Positions 43,983 through 53,625 of a DNA stretch of 64,000 bases are shown piece after piece (the stretch's first letter is position 1; each line of letters opens with the position of its first letter). Both the position numbers and the translations under genes were made by a program. This stretch comes from a virus: IMG/VR virus record IMGVR_UViG_3300046092_000062, positions 61,866-125,865 of that record, one strand, 5' to 3'. Below the pieces are notes generated by a model, which saw only the letters and a program-made list of their open reading frames with translations, made no database searches and was not told where the DNA came from.

Positions 43983-45425
43983 ATGGCCTCAAAGATACAA
44001 ATTAGACGAGACACAGCGGATAACTGGACTAACACAAACCCAGTTTTAGCTCAAGGTGAGCCGGGATTAGAAACAGACACACGTAAGATCAAGTACGGCG
44101 ACGGCAACTCCTATTGGGTTGACTTATCGTATTCGGCTGCTGGTGTTGACATCGGCAACGATGGACAAATCACTATCGGCGAAGGTGCAGGTGCCGATGG
44201 TACAGGAACAAATGCAATCGCAATCGGTACAGACGCTGGTGTAAACCAACAGTATGTAGCTATTGCTATCGGTCATGCTGCGGGTAACAATAACCAAGGC
44301 GGCCAAGCTATTGCTATCGGTCGTAGTGCAGGTAACAATAACCAAGACATGAACGCGATTGCTATCGGTCGATATGCTGGTAATCAAGACCAACAAGAAG
44401 AAACTATTGCTATCGGTCGTTATGCTGGTAGAACAAACCAACGTTTCCACGCTATTGCCATTGGCGCACAAGCTGGCGAATCTGACCAGTACTGGGACGC
44501 TATTGCCATTGGTCGCAGTGCAGGTAACAACGGACAAGATCATCAAACTATTGCTATCGGACAACGTGCTGGACAAGACTACCAAGCGAGTCAAGCCATT
44601 GCTATTGGTGCATACGCAGGCAATGACACCCAAGGACAGAACTCTATTGCGATTGGTGCTTATGCAGGGCAGAACAGCCAATACAATAACAGCATTGTGA
44701 TTAACGCCACTGGCAGCTTACTAGACAGCGACGATACTGGTACGTTTATTGTTAAGCCAGTTCGTAGCACGGCCGATATGACTGGCTTTACCCCAATGGG
44801 ATACAATGCAGATACTGGCGAAATTGCTGCCAGTGCCCAGGGTACTATTTTAGCGACTAACACAGTTAGTGGCGGCGAAGGTACTATAATTGGCCGCGCA
44901 ACTGCAATTAGCTGGAACCCAACTAGCGGGTCCAACCTAACTCCTGGTACGTATGATTTTACATTGGAATTCAATGGCGGCCTGTTTTTACGTGCAGACA
45001 TATCGGAGTCTGGAGACATTGCGCTTAGTATTCTTGACGGCGGATACGGGCATACTGTTACAAATAACACTGTAATTAATGGTACAACAATCGGTGGATC
45101 TAGTCCAGCAAATGATGTAACCGTTACTATCGACGCAGTAACTGATATTTCAGATTACACTGCATTAGATTTAACCAAATCTATTAACAAGTTGAACGAC
45201 GGCTACTATACACTAGCAGACGGCACAGAAGGTCAAATTATGTATTTGGCATCACTTAGCAGCATTACTAACCCATCTAGTGTACGAGTAACGGTGGCCA
45301 ATGGTCGCGGTAACGGCAGTTCATGGCAAGACGGTTGGCTATTTCCGTTTAACGGCAGCGGAGTATGCACACTGCTATTTACAGATGGTTCATGGCAGAT
45401 CGTTAGCGGCGGAATCTGGGATTAA
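43983..45425 (+). CDS. tail fiber / receptor-binding protein with the same N-terminal anchor and about 11 tandem 15-aa (AIAIGxxAGxxxQ) repeats
   Basis: The N-terminus is MASKIQIRRDTADNW...GEPGLETDTRKIKYGDG, and the repeats are obvious in the translation. Confidence 0.6.
   Translation: MASKIQIRRDTADNWTNTNPVLAQGEPGLETDTRKIKYGDGNSYWVDLSYSAAGVDIGNDGQITIGEGAGADGTGTNAIAIGTDAGVNQQYVAIAIGHAAGNNNQGGQAIAIGRSAGNNNQDMNAIAIGRYAGNQDQQEETIAIGRYAGRTNQRFHAIAIGAQAGESDQYWDAIAIGRSAGNNGQDHQTIAIGQRAGQDYQASQAIAIGAYAGNDTQGQNSIAIGAYAGQNSQYNNSIVINATGSLLDSDDTGTFIVKPVRSTADMTGFTPMGYNADTGEIAASAQGTILATNTVSGGEGTIIGRATAISWNPTSGSNLTPGTYDFTLEFNGGLFLRADISESGDIALSILDGGYGHTVTNNTVINGTTIGGSSPANDVTVTIDAVTDISDYTALDLTKSINKLNDGYYTLADGTEGQIMYLASLSSITNPSSVRVTVANGRGNGSSWQDGWLFPFNGSGVCTLLFTDGSWQIVSGGIWD
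44211..44700 (+). repeat. about 11 tandem 45-bp coding repeats (ATTGCTATCGGTCG...GCTGGTAA...)
   Basis: Direct repeats are visible in the DNA and as the AIAIG(R/A)xAG motif in the protein. Confidence 0.7.
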
Positions 45426-45437
45426 AGGATAAACAAA

Positions 45438-45635
45438 ATGACACAATACAACATCACAGCAACTTCTGCTAAAAAAGAAATCACAGTTAGTAACACTGAC
45501 TCTAAGTTTGCAAGTCCAGCAGAATTTGAAACACAAGAGCTTGCACAAGCTCAAGCAGACAAATACGCAAACCACCTAAACCATGACGACTATGAGGGTG
45601 CATGGGATTGGACCGGACAAGCCACAGCGGTTTAA
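45438..45635 (+). CDS. small hypothetical protein
   Basis: ORF track entry. Confidence 0.4.
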   Translation: MTQYNITATSAKKEITVSNTDSKFASPAEFETQELAQAQADKYANHLNHDDYEGAWDWTGQATAV

Positions 45636-45681
45636 CTACCAAATAATTTGAGTTTGCTTTGCATATAGTATAAAATACTAT

Positions 45682-46644
45682 ATGATTAAAGTTTTTGACT
45701 CAGCGATCGACGATACAACAGCCATTGAATTATGGAACAAGTATCGTCGATTTCGTTTTAGCTACTACTGGGCAGGTAATGTCAAGTCTTCCTTGAACCA
45801 CTGGCATCACGGCATTGCCGACGGTGGCCTCAATGGAGTGGATGATGTTTCACATAAGTTTTATAATAAGCCAGGGTATGAATTGGAGTCCCGTGTATGG
45901 GACGTTATCAAGCGTGACATTATTACTGAGCCCTGCAAGCTACTACGTTGTTATGTAAATGCCTACACCTTTGGTACAGAGGGTGCAATGCACACTGACA
46001 GCAATAGAGAAGGTGAATTCACTGTCATGCTCTATCTCAACCGAGAATGGCAAATGAACTGGGCAGGAGAAACAGTTATCCTTGACGCAGAAGGTAAAGA
46101 TATCCAGCAGTCAGTGATACCGAGATTTAGGCGCATTGTGAAATTTCCCTGCAACCAATTACATGCAGCCAGACCCGTTAGTAAGACTTGCAATGAGCTG
46201 AGGGAAGTGTTAGTATACAAGATACGTTTAGATTCTGCACCAGATATCATTGAAGCAAAATACACAGCCTTGCTTAATCAAATTGGTGCAGACAAAACGC
46301 AGCACTCTAAAGGCACACTAAAAAGCCATTTAATGGGCACGTATCAAATACTGCAAAACAAAAAGCAAAACATTGATGTATGCCTAGCAGGATTGTTCCA
46401 CAGTGTATATGGCACCAGTATCTTTACATACTCGAGTACATCCGATAGAGATGCAGTAAGAGCAGTGATTGGGGAAACTGCTGAACGTCTTGTGTGGTTG
46501 TTTTGTAACCTAGATCGGCCTACATGCTGGTCAGTGCAGGGTAATGTCTTGCCCACAAAAGACGGCAGCACTATTACGGTTAGTGATGTAGAGCGAGAGC
46601 AGTTGGCGCAAATTGAAGCAGCTAACTTAGAAGATCAACGATAA
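45682..46644 (+). CDS. 2-oxoglutarate/Fe(II) oxygenase superfamily (HTDSN...LHAARPV) with a C-terminal extension
   Basis: The HxD...H arrangement is PhyH-like. Confidence 0.5.
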   Translation: MIKVFDSAIDDTTAIELWNKYRRFRFSYYWAGNVKSSLNHWHHGIADGGLNGVDDVSHKFYNKPGYELESRVWDVIKRDIITEPCKLLRCYVNAYTFGTEGAMHTDSNREGEFTVMLYLNREWQMNWAGETVILDAEGKDIQQSVIPRFRRIVKFPCNQLHAARPVSKTCNELREVLVYKIRLDSAPDIIEAKYTALLNQIGADKTQHSKGTLKSHLMGTYQILQNKKQNIDVCLAGLFHSVYGTSIFTYSSTSDRDAVRAVIGETAERLVWLFCNLDRPTCWSVQGNVLPTKDGSTITVSDVEREQLAQIEAANLEDQR

Positions 46645-47702
46645 TGTTTAATACAATCCAAGACGCAGTGCGTCAAATACTTCCTGCTAAAAAGAAAACC
46701 AGTTCTAACGGGTGGATCAGTTTCAATGGCGTGTGTTGTACGCATAATGGCGAAAGCGCAGACACACGGGGCAGGGGCGGTCTTGTGATGAACGCAGATG
46801 GTGGTACAAGCTATCACTGCTTTAACTGTGGATTCAAAGCCAACTACACACCGGGTCGTCACTTAAACTATAAATTCCGTAAGCTATTAAGCTGGCTTGG
46901 TGCAAGCGAGAACGAAGTAAAGCGTTTGGTCATTGACGCACTTCGAGTTAAAGATCTAGTCGCACCCGAGACTATTAAAGAAGAGCGAGAAGAAGTTTCG
47001 TTTAAGGCGCGAGCACTACCAGAGGATGCAGTGAGTTTTAAGGAGTGGGAGACATTCCTGCGCTTACAAGACGACGACGAGCCCGTGCATCCACAATTTG
47101 CCAGCGCATTTAACTACATTTACAATCGTAAGATTGATTACAGTAGGTACGATTTTTACACCACAGAGAACGAAGCATACAATTTGCACAAACGTGTGAT
47201 TGTTCCCTTTAAGTGGAAAGGACAGATAATTGGATACACAGCAAGAACATGGGACAACAACGTCAAGCCCAAATACCACAACCACCATGAGCCTAATTTC
47301 GTCTTTAATATGGATGAGCAGCTGGATACTAGCAAGTTTGTTCTTGTCATGGAAGGTCCGTTTGATGCGATGTCTGTTGACGGTGTTGCTATTCTGGGCT
47401 CCGAATGTAATGAGACTCAAGCAGACATTATCGAATCTCTTGGTCGTGAAGTTATTGTAGTTCCAGACTTTGACATTAAAGAAGTTAAGGGCAAGATGGT
47501 ATGGGCTGGAGAAAAGTTAGTAGACCAGGCAATTGAATATGGCTGGTCTGTTAGTTTCCCAGTCTGGCGAGAACTGGTTAAAGACACTGCAAATGCAGTT
47601 GAATCATACGGTAAGCTATTTACTATGAAGAGTATCTTAGAGGGCAAGCAAACGAGCAGATTAAAGATTGAGCTTATGAAGCGCCGCATATATAATAGCT
47701 AA
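46644..47702 (+). CDS. DNA primase (T7 gp4-type zinc ribbon CTHNG...CFNC plus a TOPRIM domain)
   Basis: A zinc-binding domain sits at the N-terminus, followed by an EGxxD TOPRIM motif (MEGPFDAMS). Confidence 0.7.
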   Translation: MFNTIQDAVRQILPAKKKTSSNGWISFNGVCCTHNGESADTRGRGGLVMNADGGTSYHCFNCGFKANYTPGRHLNYKFRKLLSWLGASENEVKRLVIDALRVKDLVAPETIKEEREEVSFKARALPEDAVSFKEWETFLRLQDDDEPVHPQFASAFNYIYNRKIDYSRYDFYTTENEAYNLHKRVIVPFKWKGQIIGYTARTWDNNVKPKYHNHHEPNFVFNMDEQLDTSKFVLVMEGPFDAMSVDGVAILGSECNETQADIIESLGREVIVVPDFDIKEVKGKMVWAGEKLVDQAIEYGWSVSFPVWRELVKDTANAVESYGKLFTMKSILEGKQTSRLKIELMKRRIYNS

Positions 47703-47714
47703 CAGGAAAATTAC

Positions 47715-49154
47715 ATGGCAACAAAAGAATACAGTACCGACTTACAAAAGCTATTTTTAGAGATGATGTTACAGGATGCACAAAGTTATGTGCGTGTGGC
47801 TAACATTTACAATCCCGAAAACTTTGATCGCAGCATTAGATCCGCAGCGGAATTTATTAAGACACACAGTAATGACTTTAAAACATTACCAGGCTACGAT
47901 CAAATCAAAGCAGTTACAGGCGTAGAGCTAAAAGCAATTCCCGATGTAGGTGAAGGGCATACTGAATGGTTCTTAACTGAGTTTGAAAACTTTACCAAGC
48001 GACAAGAGCTAGAACGTGCGATCCTTAAGGCAGCGGACATGTTAGAAGCTGGCGACTTTGATCCGGTAGAGAAGCTGATCAAGGATGCAGTGCAGATCAG
48101 TTTGCAAAAAGACATGGGTACAGATTACTTTGCTGACCCAGCAGGTCGTATTAACAAATATTACAACAGCGGCGGACAAGTAAGTACTGGATGGCCGCAA
48201 CTGGATCGACTGCTATACGGCGGGTTCTCGCGTGGTGAACTAAACATCTTTGCAGGTGGATCTGGTTCTGGTAAGTCATTGGTTATGATGAACATTGCAC
48301 TCAGCTGGTTGCAAGCAGGACTAAGTGGTGTGTATGTTACGCTGGAATTGAGCGAAGAACTTACATCATTGCGTACTGATGCTATGCTAACTGGCATGGG
48401 CACAAAAGACATCCGCAAGGACATTGATACCACAACGCTTAAAGTTAAGCTGGTTAGCAAAAAGTCTGGGCAGTATCGCATCAAGGCATTGCCAGCGCAG
48501 AGCAACGTTAACGACATTCGTGCTTACCTAAAGGAAGTGCAATTACAAACAGGCATCAAAGTTGACTTTGTGATGGTTGACTACCTTGACTTGGTTATGC
48601 CTGTGTCAGTTAAAGTTAACCCTAACGACCAGTTTATTAAAGACAAGTATGTAGCAGAAGAGTTGCGTAACTTGGCAAAGGAACTAGGTATCTTGTTAGT
48701 TACAGCAAGTCAGTTGAACCGCAGTGCCGTTGAAGAAGTTGAATTTGATCACAGTCACATTGCTGGCGGTATCTCTAAGATTAACACTGCTGACAACGTG
48801 TTTGGTATTTTTACTAGTCGTGCTATGAAGGAACGCGGCAAGTATCAAATCCAGTGTATGAAGTCGCGTAGTTCTACTGGTGTGGGACAAAAGATTGATC
48901 TCGAATACAACATCGAAACCATGCGTATTACAGATCCGGGCATCGATGAAAGCAGTGGCAATGGTGGTCCACCTAGACTTGCTGGCATTATGAATCAGAT
49001 CAAGAACAAGCCAGCGGCGTCCGATGATGAAGGGCCGTCGTCATTTGAACGTGCAACTGGAACGCCTGCGTGGGAACAAGGTCCTAAAGTCACAGGCGAA
49101 GTGCAAAGCAATAAGCTAAAGCAGATGCTAGCCGGGCTTAAGAAGGGTGAATAA
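47715..49154 (+). CDS. DnaB-family replicative DNA helicase (Walker A GGSGSGKS)
   Basis: A RecA-like core with Walker A and Walker B motifs. The layout is similar to the T7 gp4 helicase domain. Confidence 0.75.
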   Translation: MATKEYSTDLQKLFLEMMLQDAQSYVRVANIYNPENFDRSIRSAAEFIKTHSNDFKTLPGYDQIKAVTGVELKAIPDVGEGHTEWFLTEFENFTKRQELERAILKAADMLEAGDFDPVEKLIKDAVQISLQKDMGTDYFADPAGRINKYYNSGGQVSTGWPQLDRLLYGGFSRGELNIFAGGSGSGKSLVMMNIALSWLQAGLSGVYVTLELSEELTSLRTDAMLTGMGTKDIRKDIDTTTLKVKLVSKKSGQYRIKALPAQSNVNDIRAYLKEVQLQTGIKVDFVMVDYLDLVMPVSVKVNPNDQFIKDKYVAEELRNLAKELGILLVTASQLNRSAVEEVEFDHSHIAGGISKINTADNVFGIFTSRAMKERGKYQIQCMKSRSSTGVGQKIDLEYNIETMRITDPGIDESSGNGGPPRLAGIMNQIKNKPAASDDEGPSSFERATGTPAWEQGPKVTGEVQSNKLKQMLAGLKKGE

Positions 49155-50156
49155 GTCGGGCAAGTAATCTGCAATGGAGATATTCTTTAGCAGATCTTGT
49201 GTTAAAATTTCGTCAGAAAATCGCCGGAAATCGAGATCGTCTTGATCTCGATGTTCTCTAAATAATTTATTGGGATTAGATTTTTTAACATGCTCTGGTA
49301 AACAATTTAAATTAAAATATGTAGGAGATGAAACAAGATTGTGATTGTAGGACAAACCGGCATCGCGAAACCAGCCAACTGTAGCTGAGTGTTGTAGTAT
49401 GTTAAGATTGCTTATAGTGTAGCTAACAGTTAATTGGATTCCGAGGTCGCGGTATTGTTGTAAATTTAACAGTAACCGATCCCACGTTAATGGATACCGT
49501 ATGTACTCAAATGTCGGTCCAATTCCATCTATGCTCACACAAAAATTCAGTCTACTAAACTTGGATAATATTGCAAGTTGTTCTCTATTCAAATGAATTG
49601 ACCCATTGGTTACTAGCGATACAAAGCATGAGGTATTACCGGAATCGATTAATCTTTGTAACACATCAAAATTCTTTTTCTCATATAGAGGCTCGCCTCC
49701 TACAAAAGACAACATTTTTAGATTTTTAAAATCAATGTTATTAATTTGACTATCATTGATTTTAATCATTTTTTCTCCGGTATTTTTGAGACTTGCCCAC
49801 TTTGAACTTGAATGTTCGTTACAGGTAACGCAGGTTGAGTTGCAGAGATTAGATGTGTATAATTTAACTATCTGTTCAGAGAACACACCATTGGCACAAT
49901 CATCTTTAACAAACCTTATATCTTTATTGGCATAAAAATCATATGATGTGTTTTTTATCTGCCTGTCGCTTTGGATTTGTTGATCTTCTAACACCCAACA
50001 TTTACTACATTCAACAGGTCGTTGGTTCTTTAACATTTCCTGTTGTATGGTCTTTATACTTCTATTAGACCTTGCCATTAAACAACATGGGGTATCAAAT
50101 TTGTTTTTACTGTATTCTGCACCGTAAAACGGCATTACGCAAAAGGTATCATTCAT
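49128..50156 (-). CDS. radical SAM enzyme (CNSTCVTC) with an N-terminal Cys-rich domain; paralog of 3084..4307
   Basis: A CX3CX2C triad is present, and the N-terminal architecture (FCVMPFY...PCC...CSKC) matches the other paralog. Confidence 0.65.
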   Translation of the reverse strand: MNDTFCVMPFYGAEYSKNKFDTPCCLMARSNRSIKTIQQEMLKNQRPVECSKCWVLEDQQIQSDRQIKNTSYDFYANKDIRFVKDDCANGVFSEQIVKLYTSNLCNSTCVTCNEHSSSKWASLKNTGEKMIKINDSQINNIDFKNLKMLSFVGGEPLYEKKNFDVLQRLIDSGNTSCFVSLVTNGSIHLNREQLAILSKFSRLNFCVSIDGIGPTFEYIRYPLTWDRLLLNLQQYRDLGIQLTVSYTISNLNILQHSATVGWFRDAGLSYNHNLVSSPTYFNLNCLPEHVKKSNPNKLFREHRDQDDLDFRRFSDEILTQDLLKNISIADYLPDLFTLLKPG

Positions 50157-50214
50157 ACAATATTTAACGGGAAGTAACCTAATCTAAAAATATGTTAACA
50201 CTAAATATACTAAA

Positions 50215-50478
50215 TTGGAGCAAATCTTGCAAAAACGTACTCGTAGTATCCTAGACGAACTTGCTAGTATCGGCGCACAAAAGGACAAGGAAAGCCTTAT
50301 TGAAAGCCGTGCTAATAATGTGATCGCTAGTGCTATCAATTTAGTAAACTATATCAAGGAAAATTATGATGCCGAGACATCTGCTGAACTTGAGCGTAGG
50401 CTTCTAAACAGTATCCGTTCGCAGGATCCACAAAAATTCACACGTGGTGTACGGAGACTAAGAAACAATGAGAATTAA
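50215..50478 (+). CDS. hypothetical protein
   Basis: ORF track entry. Confidence 0.4.
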   Translation: MEQILQKRTRSILDELASIGAQKDKESLIESRANNVIASAINLVNYIKENYDAETSAELERRLLNSIRSQDPQKFTRGVRRLRNNEN

Positions 50479-52870
50479 CAGCATCCTATCGGAAAATGTA
50501 AAAGCGAAGCAAAGATTAATTGAAGATCCAGACTACAAGAAATTGTATAATCTTGGTCGTTTGCTTAAAGAAGCAGACCTAACACAAGATCAAGTTAAAC
50601 AAGCATTTCAGCGTGTAGCTGATGGCGCAGCAGCAGGTGCAAACACAGAATTCTCTACAGACGACCAAGCAAGCAACCGTACCCTATTAGGTAAAGGCGT
50701 TGACGTTGCTGGTAAAGTATCTTCTGCATTTAAAGACGTTGGTAACTGGATTGGTAATTCTGGACCAGTTGCCGGCCTAGATGCAATGATTGACCAAGCG
50801 CAAAAAGAAATTATGTCAGCAGCAGGCGGTGATGCAGGCAAAGTACAACAGGCGCTTGATTGGTATCGTGAATTAAGTAAAGTACCGGGCATGGCTCTTG
50901 CCATTAAAGCAATCATTGTTGGTCTTGCAGGTCTAGCAGGATCGGGTCTTGGTCCAGTTGGTATTGCAGCAGGCTTGACATTTGCTAACAAAATGTTGCA
51001 AGGTAACAAATTCTCTAGCGCAGTTGGCAGCGCATTAGCAACGGGCGGGACTGTTGCAGCTATGCACGTGGCAAAAGACTTATTAGCTGATGCACCAGAT
51101 GCAGCAACTACAGAGCCGGATGCAGCAGCCGAGCCAGAAGCAAGCCAAGATTTACAATTACCTGACGCTGATGCAGAAATGAACGCACAAGCAGACGTAG
51201 ATGCAGCACAGCAATGGCTTGATGCAGATGAAGCAGGTAAAACCGCAATCGAGCAAGCTACCGGAATGCCAGCAGCACAGTTACAAGATATTGCAGTTGG
51301 CAATAGCCTACAACCAACTGGTGCCGGCAGTGTAGACATGGGCGGAGTTGATGCAGGCGAAGTAATTCAACACACTGTAACAAAAGGTGAGACACTGAGT
51401 CAGATTGCCAAAGCCAATGGTGTATCAGTAGAAGAATTACAAGCTGCTAACCCAGAGATCACCGATGTACACAAGATTGCAGTGGGACAAAATATCAATA
51501 TCCCAGCAGAGACTGGTAGTAATGTTTATGCCAACGGGGTTGGCGCAGGTGGACCAACTGCATCTAGCACAATGCCGCAAGCACAAGCAGACGAATTAAG
51601 TGGACGAGCATCCAACATAAGCGCAGCACAGCAAGCCGCAGAGCCAGCAGCCGCGCCAGTTGCAGAACCGTCTACAGATTTTGCACAGCAAGCCCGCAAC
51701 CAAGTTGAATTAAACAAAATGGTGCAGGACAAAGTAGATACAGATTACGCAAATCAACAAGGTGCTCAAGGAAACTACGTACCAACTGGTAATGCCTATA
51801 TTGACCGTTTAAACAGAGCCGCAGCAAACGGTATCCGTTTGCGTGAAAGCTATATTGATCGTGACATGACTATCCGTATGTGGGTCTTGCGCGAAGGTAT
51901 GGGCAAACCACGCGGCGGAGTACAGATTACAGAATCTGGTCGTAAAGCTATTTTCCGTGCAATCGCTAAAGCAAGTTTAAACGAAGGTGCATTGGATAAG
52001 CTAAAGTCGTTTAACCAACAAGCTGGTGCAGCAATTGGTAAAGCAACAGCACCACTAAAGCGTATTGCCGCAGCAGGTGCAGACGCAGCAACTAACAATA
52101 TCACTTACGATAAGCTAGACATGAACTGGCGCCGTGGTGCAAAGCTAGCAGGTGCCCCAACAGTAAACAGTGAAGACCTAGTTAAGTTCCTAAGAGACCA
52201 AGGGGTCAAGGATAACTTAATTAACAGCGTATTTGCTGACATGAATATCCCGCTTGACAAATCGTCACAGGCTGCAAACGCCACAAAGGGCGGATTCTTA
52301 TCTAGTTTGCTAAAAGGTGCAGGCGCACAGCAAGCAGGTCAAGCAGTTGACTCTTACAATGCAGCAAGCACTGGCGGAGCAAAAGCACCACCTGCAGATG
52401 CATCTAAGACAGCAGGCGCAGCGATGAACAATCTACGTTCGCAATATGCCGCAGCACAACAGCCAGCAGCCACACCTGCTCCGGCAGCAACAGCGCAAGC
52501 TACACCTGCTCCTACTGCAACGGCATCAAAGCCAACACCAGTTACTGGATCAACTGGATTTGATTATGCGTCAGCAGCTAAGATGGCCGGAATTAAGCCA
52601 GCAGCTCCTAAAGCAGCACCAAACTTTGGTCAGCAAATGGGCGGATATGGTAAGACTACAACTACTGTAAACACAACTCCTACAGTAGCTAAGCCAGTAG
52701 CAGCAGCACAGCCAAAGCAACCTAAGGTTGTATCAGGTGGTGCAACTCCTGCCGAAGTAGACGCTTACAACAAGAAAGTGCAAGCCGCAGCAGCAGCACA
52801 ACCAGCAATGGCTGAAAGCAAAATTGACATCGCCGAAACACTATGGCGTAAAATGAAGAGAATCAAATGA
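50468..52870 (+). CDS. large Ala/Gln-rich virion-associated protein with a LysM peptidoglycan-binding domain
   Basis: The LysM motif is TVTKGETLSQIAKANGVSVEELQAANPEI...NINIP. The 800-aa protein has long low-complexity stretches. Confidence 0.55.
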   Translation: MRINSILSENVKAKQRLIEDPDYKKLYNLGRLLKEADLTQDQVKQAFQRVADGAAAGANTEFSTDDQASNRTLLGKGVDVAGKVSSAFKDVGNWIGNSGPVAGLDAMIDQAQKEIMSAAGGDAGKVQQALDWYRELSKVPGMALAIKAIIVGLAGLAGSGLGPVGIAAGLTFANKMLQGNKFSSAVGSALATGGTVAAMHVAKDLLADAPDAATTEPDAAAEPEASQDLQLPDADAEMNAQADVDAAQQWLDADEAGKTAIEQATGMPAAQLQDIAVGNSLQPTGAGSVDMGGVDAGEVIQHTVTKGETLSQIAKANGVSVEELQAANPEITDVHKIAVGQNINIPAETGSNVYANGVGAGGPTASSTMPQAQADELSGRASNISAAQQAAEPAAAPVAEPSTDFAQQARNQVELNKMVQDKVDTDYANQQGAQGNYVPTGNAYIDRLNRAAANGIRLRESYIDRDMTIRMWVLREGMGKPRGGVQITESGRKAIFRAIAKASLNEGALDKLKSFNQQAGAAIGKATAPLKRIAAAGADAATNNITYDKLDMNWRRGAKLAGAPTVNSEDLVKFLRDQGVKDNLINSVFADMNIPLDKSSQAANATKGGFLSSLLKGAGAQQAGQAVDSYNAASTGGAKAPPADASKTAGAAMNNLRSQYAAAQQPAATPAPAATAQATPAPTATASKPTPVTGSTGFDYASAAKMAGIKPAAPKAAPNFGQQMGGYGKTTTTVNTTPTVAKPVAAAQPKQPKVVSGGATPAEVDAYNKKVQAAAAAQPAMAESKIDIAETLWRKMKRIK

Positions 52871-53625
52871 TGTATTTGTACGAAGGTGGAAACATTTTTG
52901 GGGATGGCGACATTCCTAAGGAAGCAGTGCAGGGCATTATTGCCCACGTACAAGCAGACTTACCAACTGGGCTAAAGGCCATTGCCGACATTGGATCGGC
53001 AGGTTTTAAAGTATCAGCAGGTGACATGGACTTGTTTTTAGATGCAGAGACTGTAATGAAGAAGTTTGGTGCAGCGGATGAGAAGGCAGCTAAAGTAGCT
53101 CTAGCAGAGTTTATGATGGCCAAAGGTTACAAGGCCAAAATCTCAGGTCGCAACGTGCATATTGAAGTTCCTTACAAAACTGAAGCCGGCAACCGTGCAG
53201 CACAAGTTGACTTAATGGTTATACCAGATGCTACCCGTGTAGCAGATTGGCACCAGCATGGCCCACGCGGCAGTTACGAAGACCCTAAGTTCAAAGCAGC
53301 ACAAATCTTTATTTTGTTGAACAGCATTGGTAAGCATCTTGGGTTTAAAGTAGATGCGTTTGCTGGCAACGTATTGCGCAGAGACAATAACGAAGTGGTA
53401 GCAAACAATAGAGATGCTGCCGCAAAAGTTTTGCTTAACCCTAAGGCAAAAGCAGCAGATTTAAACAGTGTGGGCACTATTATGGCTGCACTAAAGAACG
53501 ACCCAGACCGCGAAGGTAAACTAGCACAAGCTAGACAGGACCAAGCCAAGGGATTATTAACATTACCCGAAGACGTTGCTCCTGGTACAGCAACGTGGTT
53601 TAGAAACATATCAAGCCAATTATGA
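52867..53625 (+). CDS. Pol-beta-superfamily nucleotidyltransferase (GSAGFKVSAGDMDLFL, compare Pol beta GSFRRGAESSGDMDVLL)
   Basis: A minimal nucleotidyltransferase hG[GS]x9-13DhD signature is present. Confidence 0.55.
   Translation: MMYLYEGGNIFGDGDIPKEAVQGIIAHVQADLPTGLKAIADIGSAGFKVSAGDMDLFLDAETVMKKFGAADEKAAKVALAEFMMAKGYKAKISGRNVHIEVPYKTEAGNRAAQVDLMVIPDATRVADWHQHGPRGSYEDPKFKAAQIFILLNSIGKHLGFKVDAFAGNVLRRDNNEVVANNRDAAAKVLLNPKAKAADLNSVGTIMAALKNDPDREGKLAQARQDQAKGLLTLPEDVAPGTATWFRNISSQL

Noticed and set aside
42952-45425. Diversity-generating retroelement, suggested by a major-tropism-determinant-like fiber N-terminus and repeats
   Set aside because: There is no reverse transcriptase ORF and no template/variable repeat pair with adenine-specific mismatches anywhere in the window. 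The tandem repeats are in-frame structural repeats.
50608-52104. Minus-strand ORFs 50608..51339, 51526..51732 and 51850..52104 inside the LysM protein gene
   Set aside because: They are Ala/Ser/Cys-rich antisense frames of a GC-rich, Ala-codon-rich coding segment with no independent signals.
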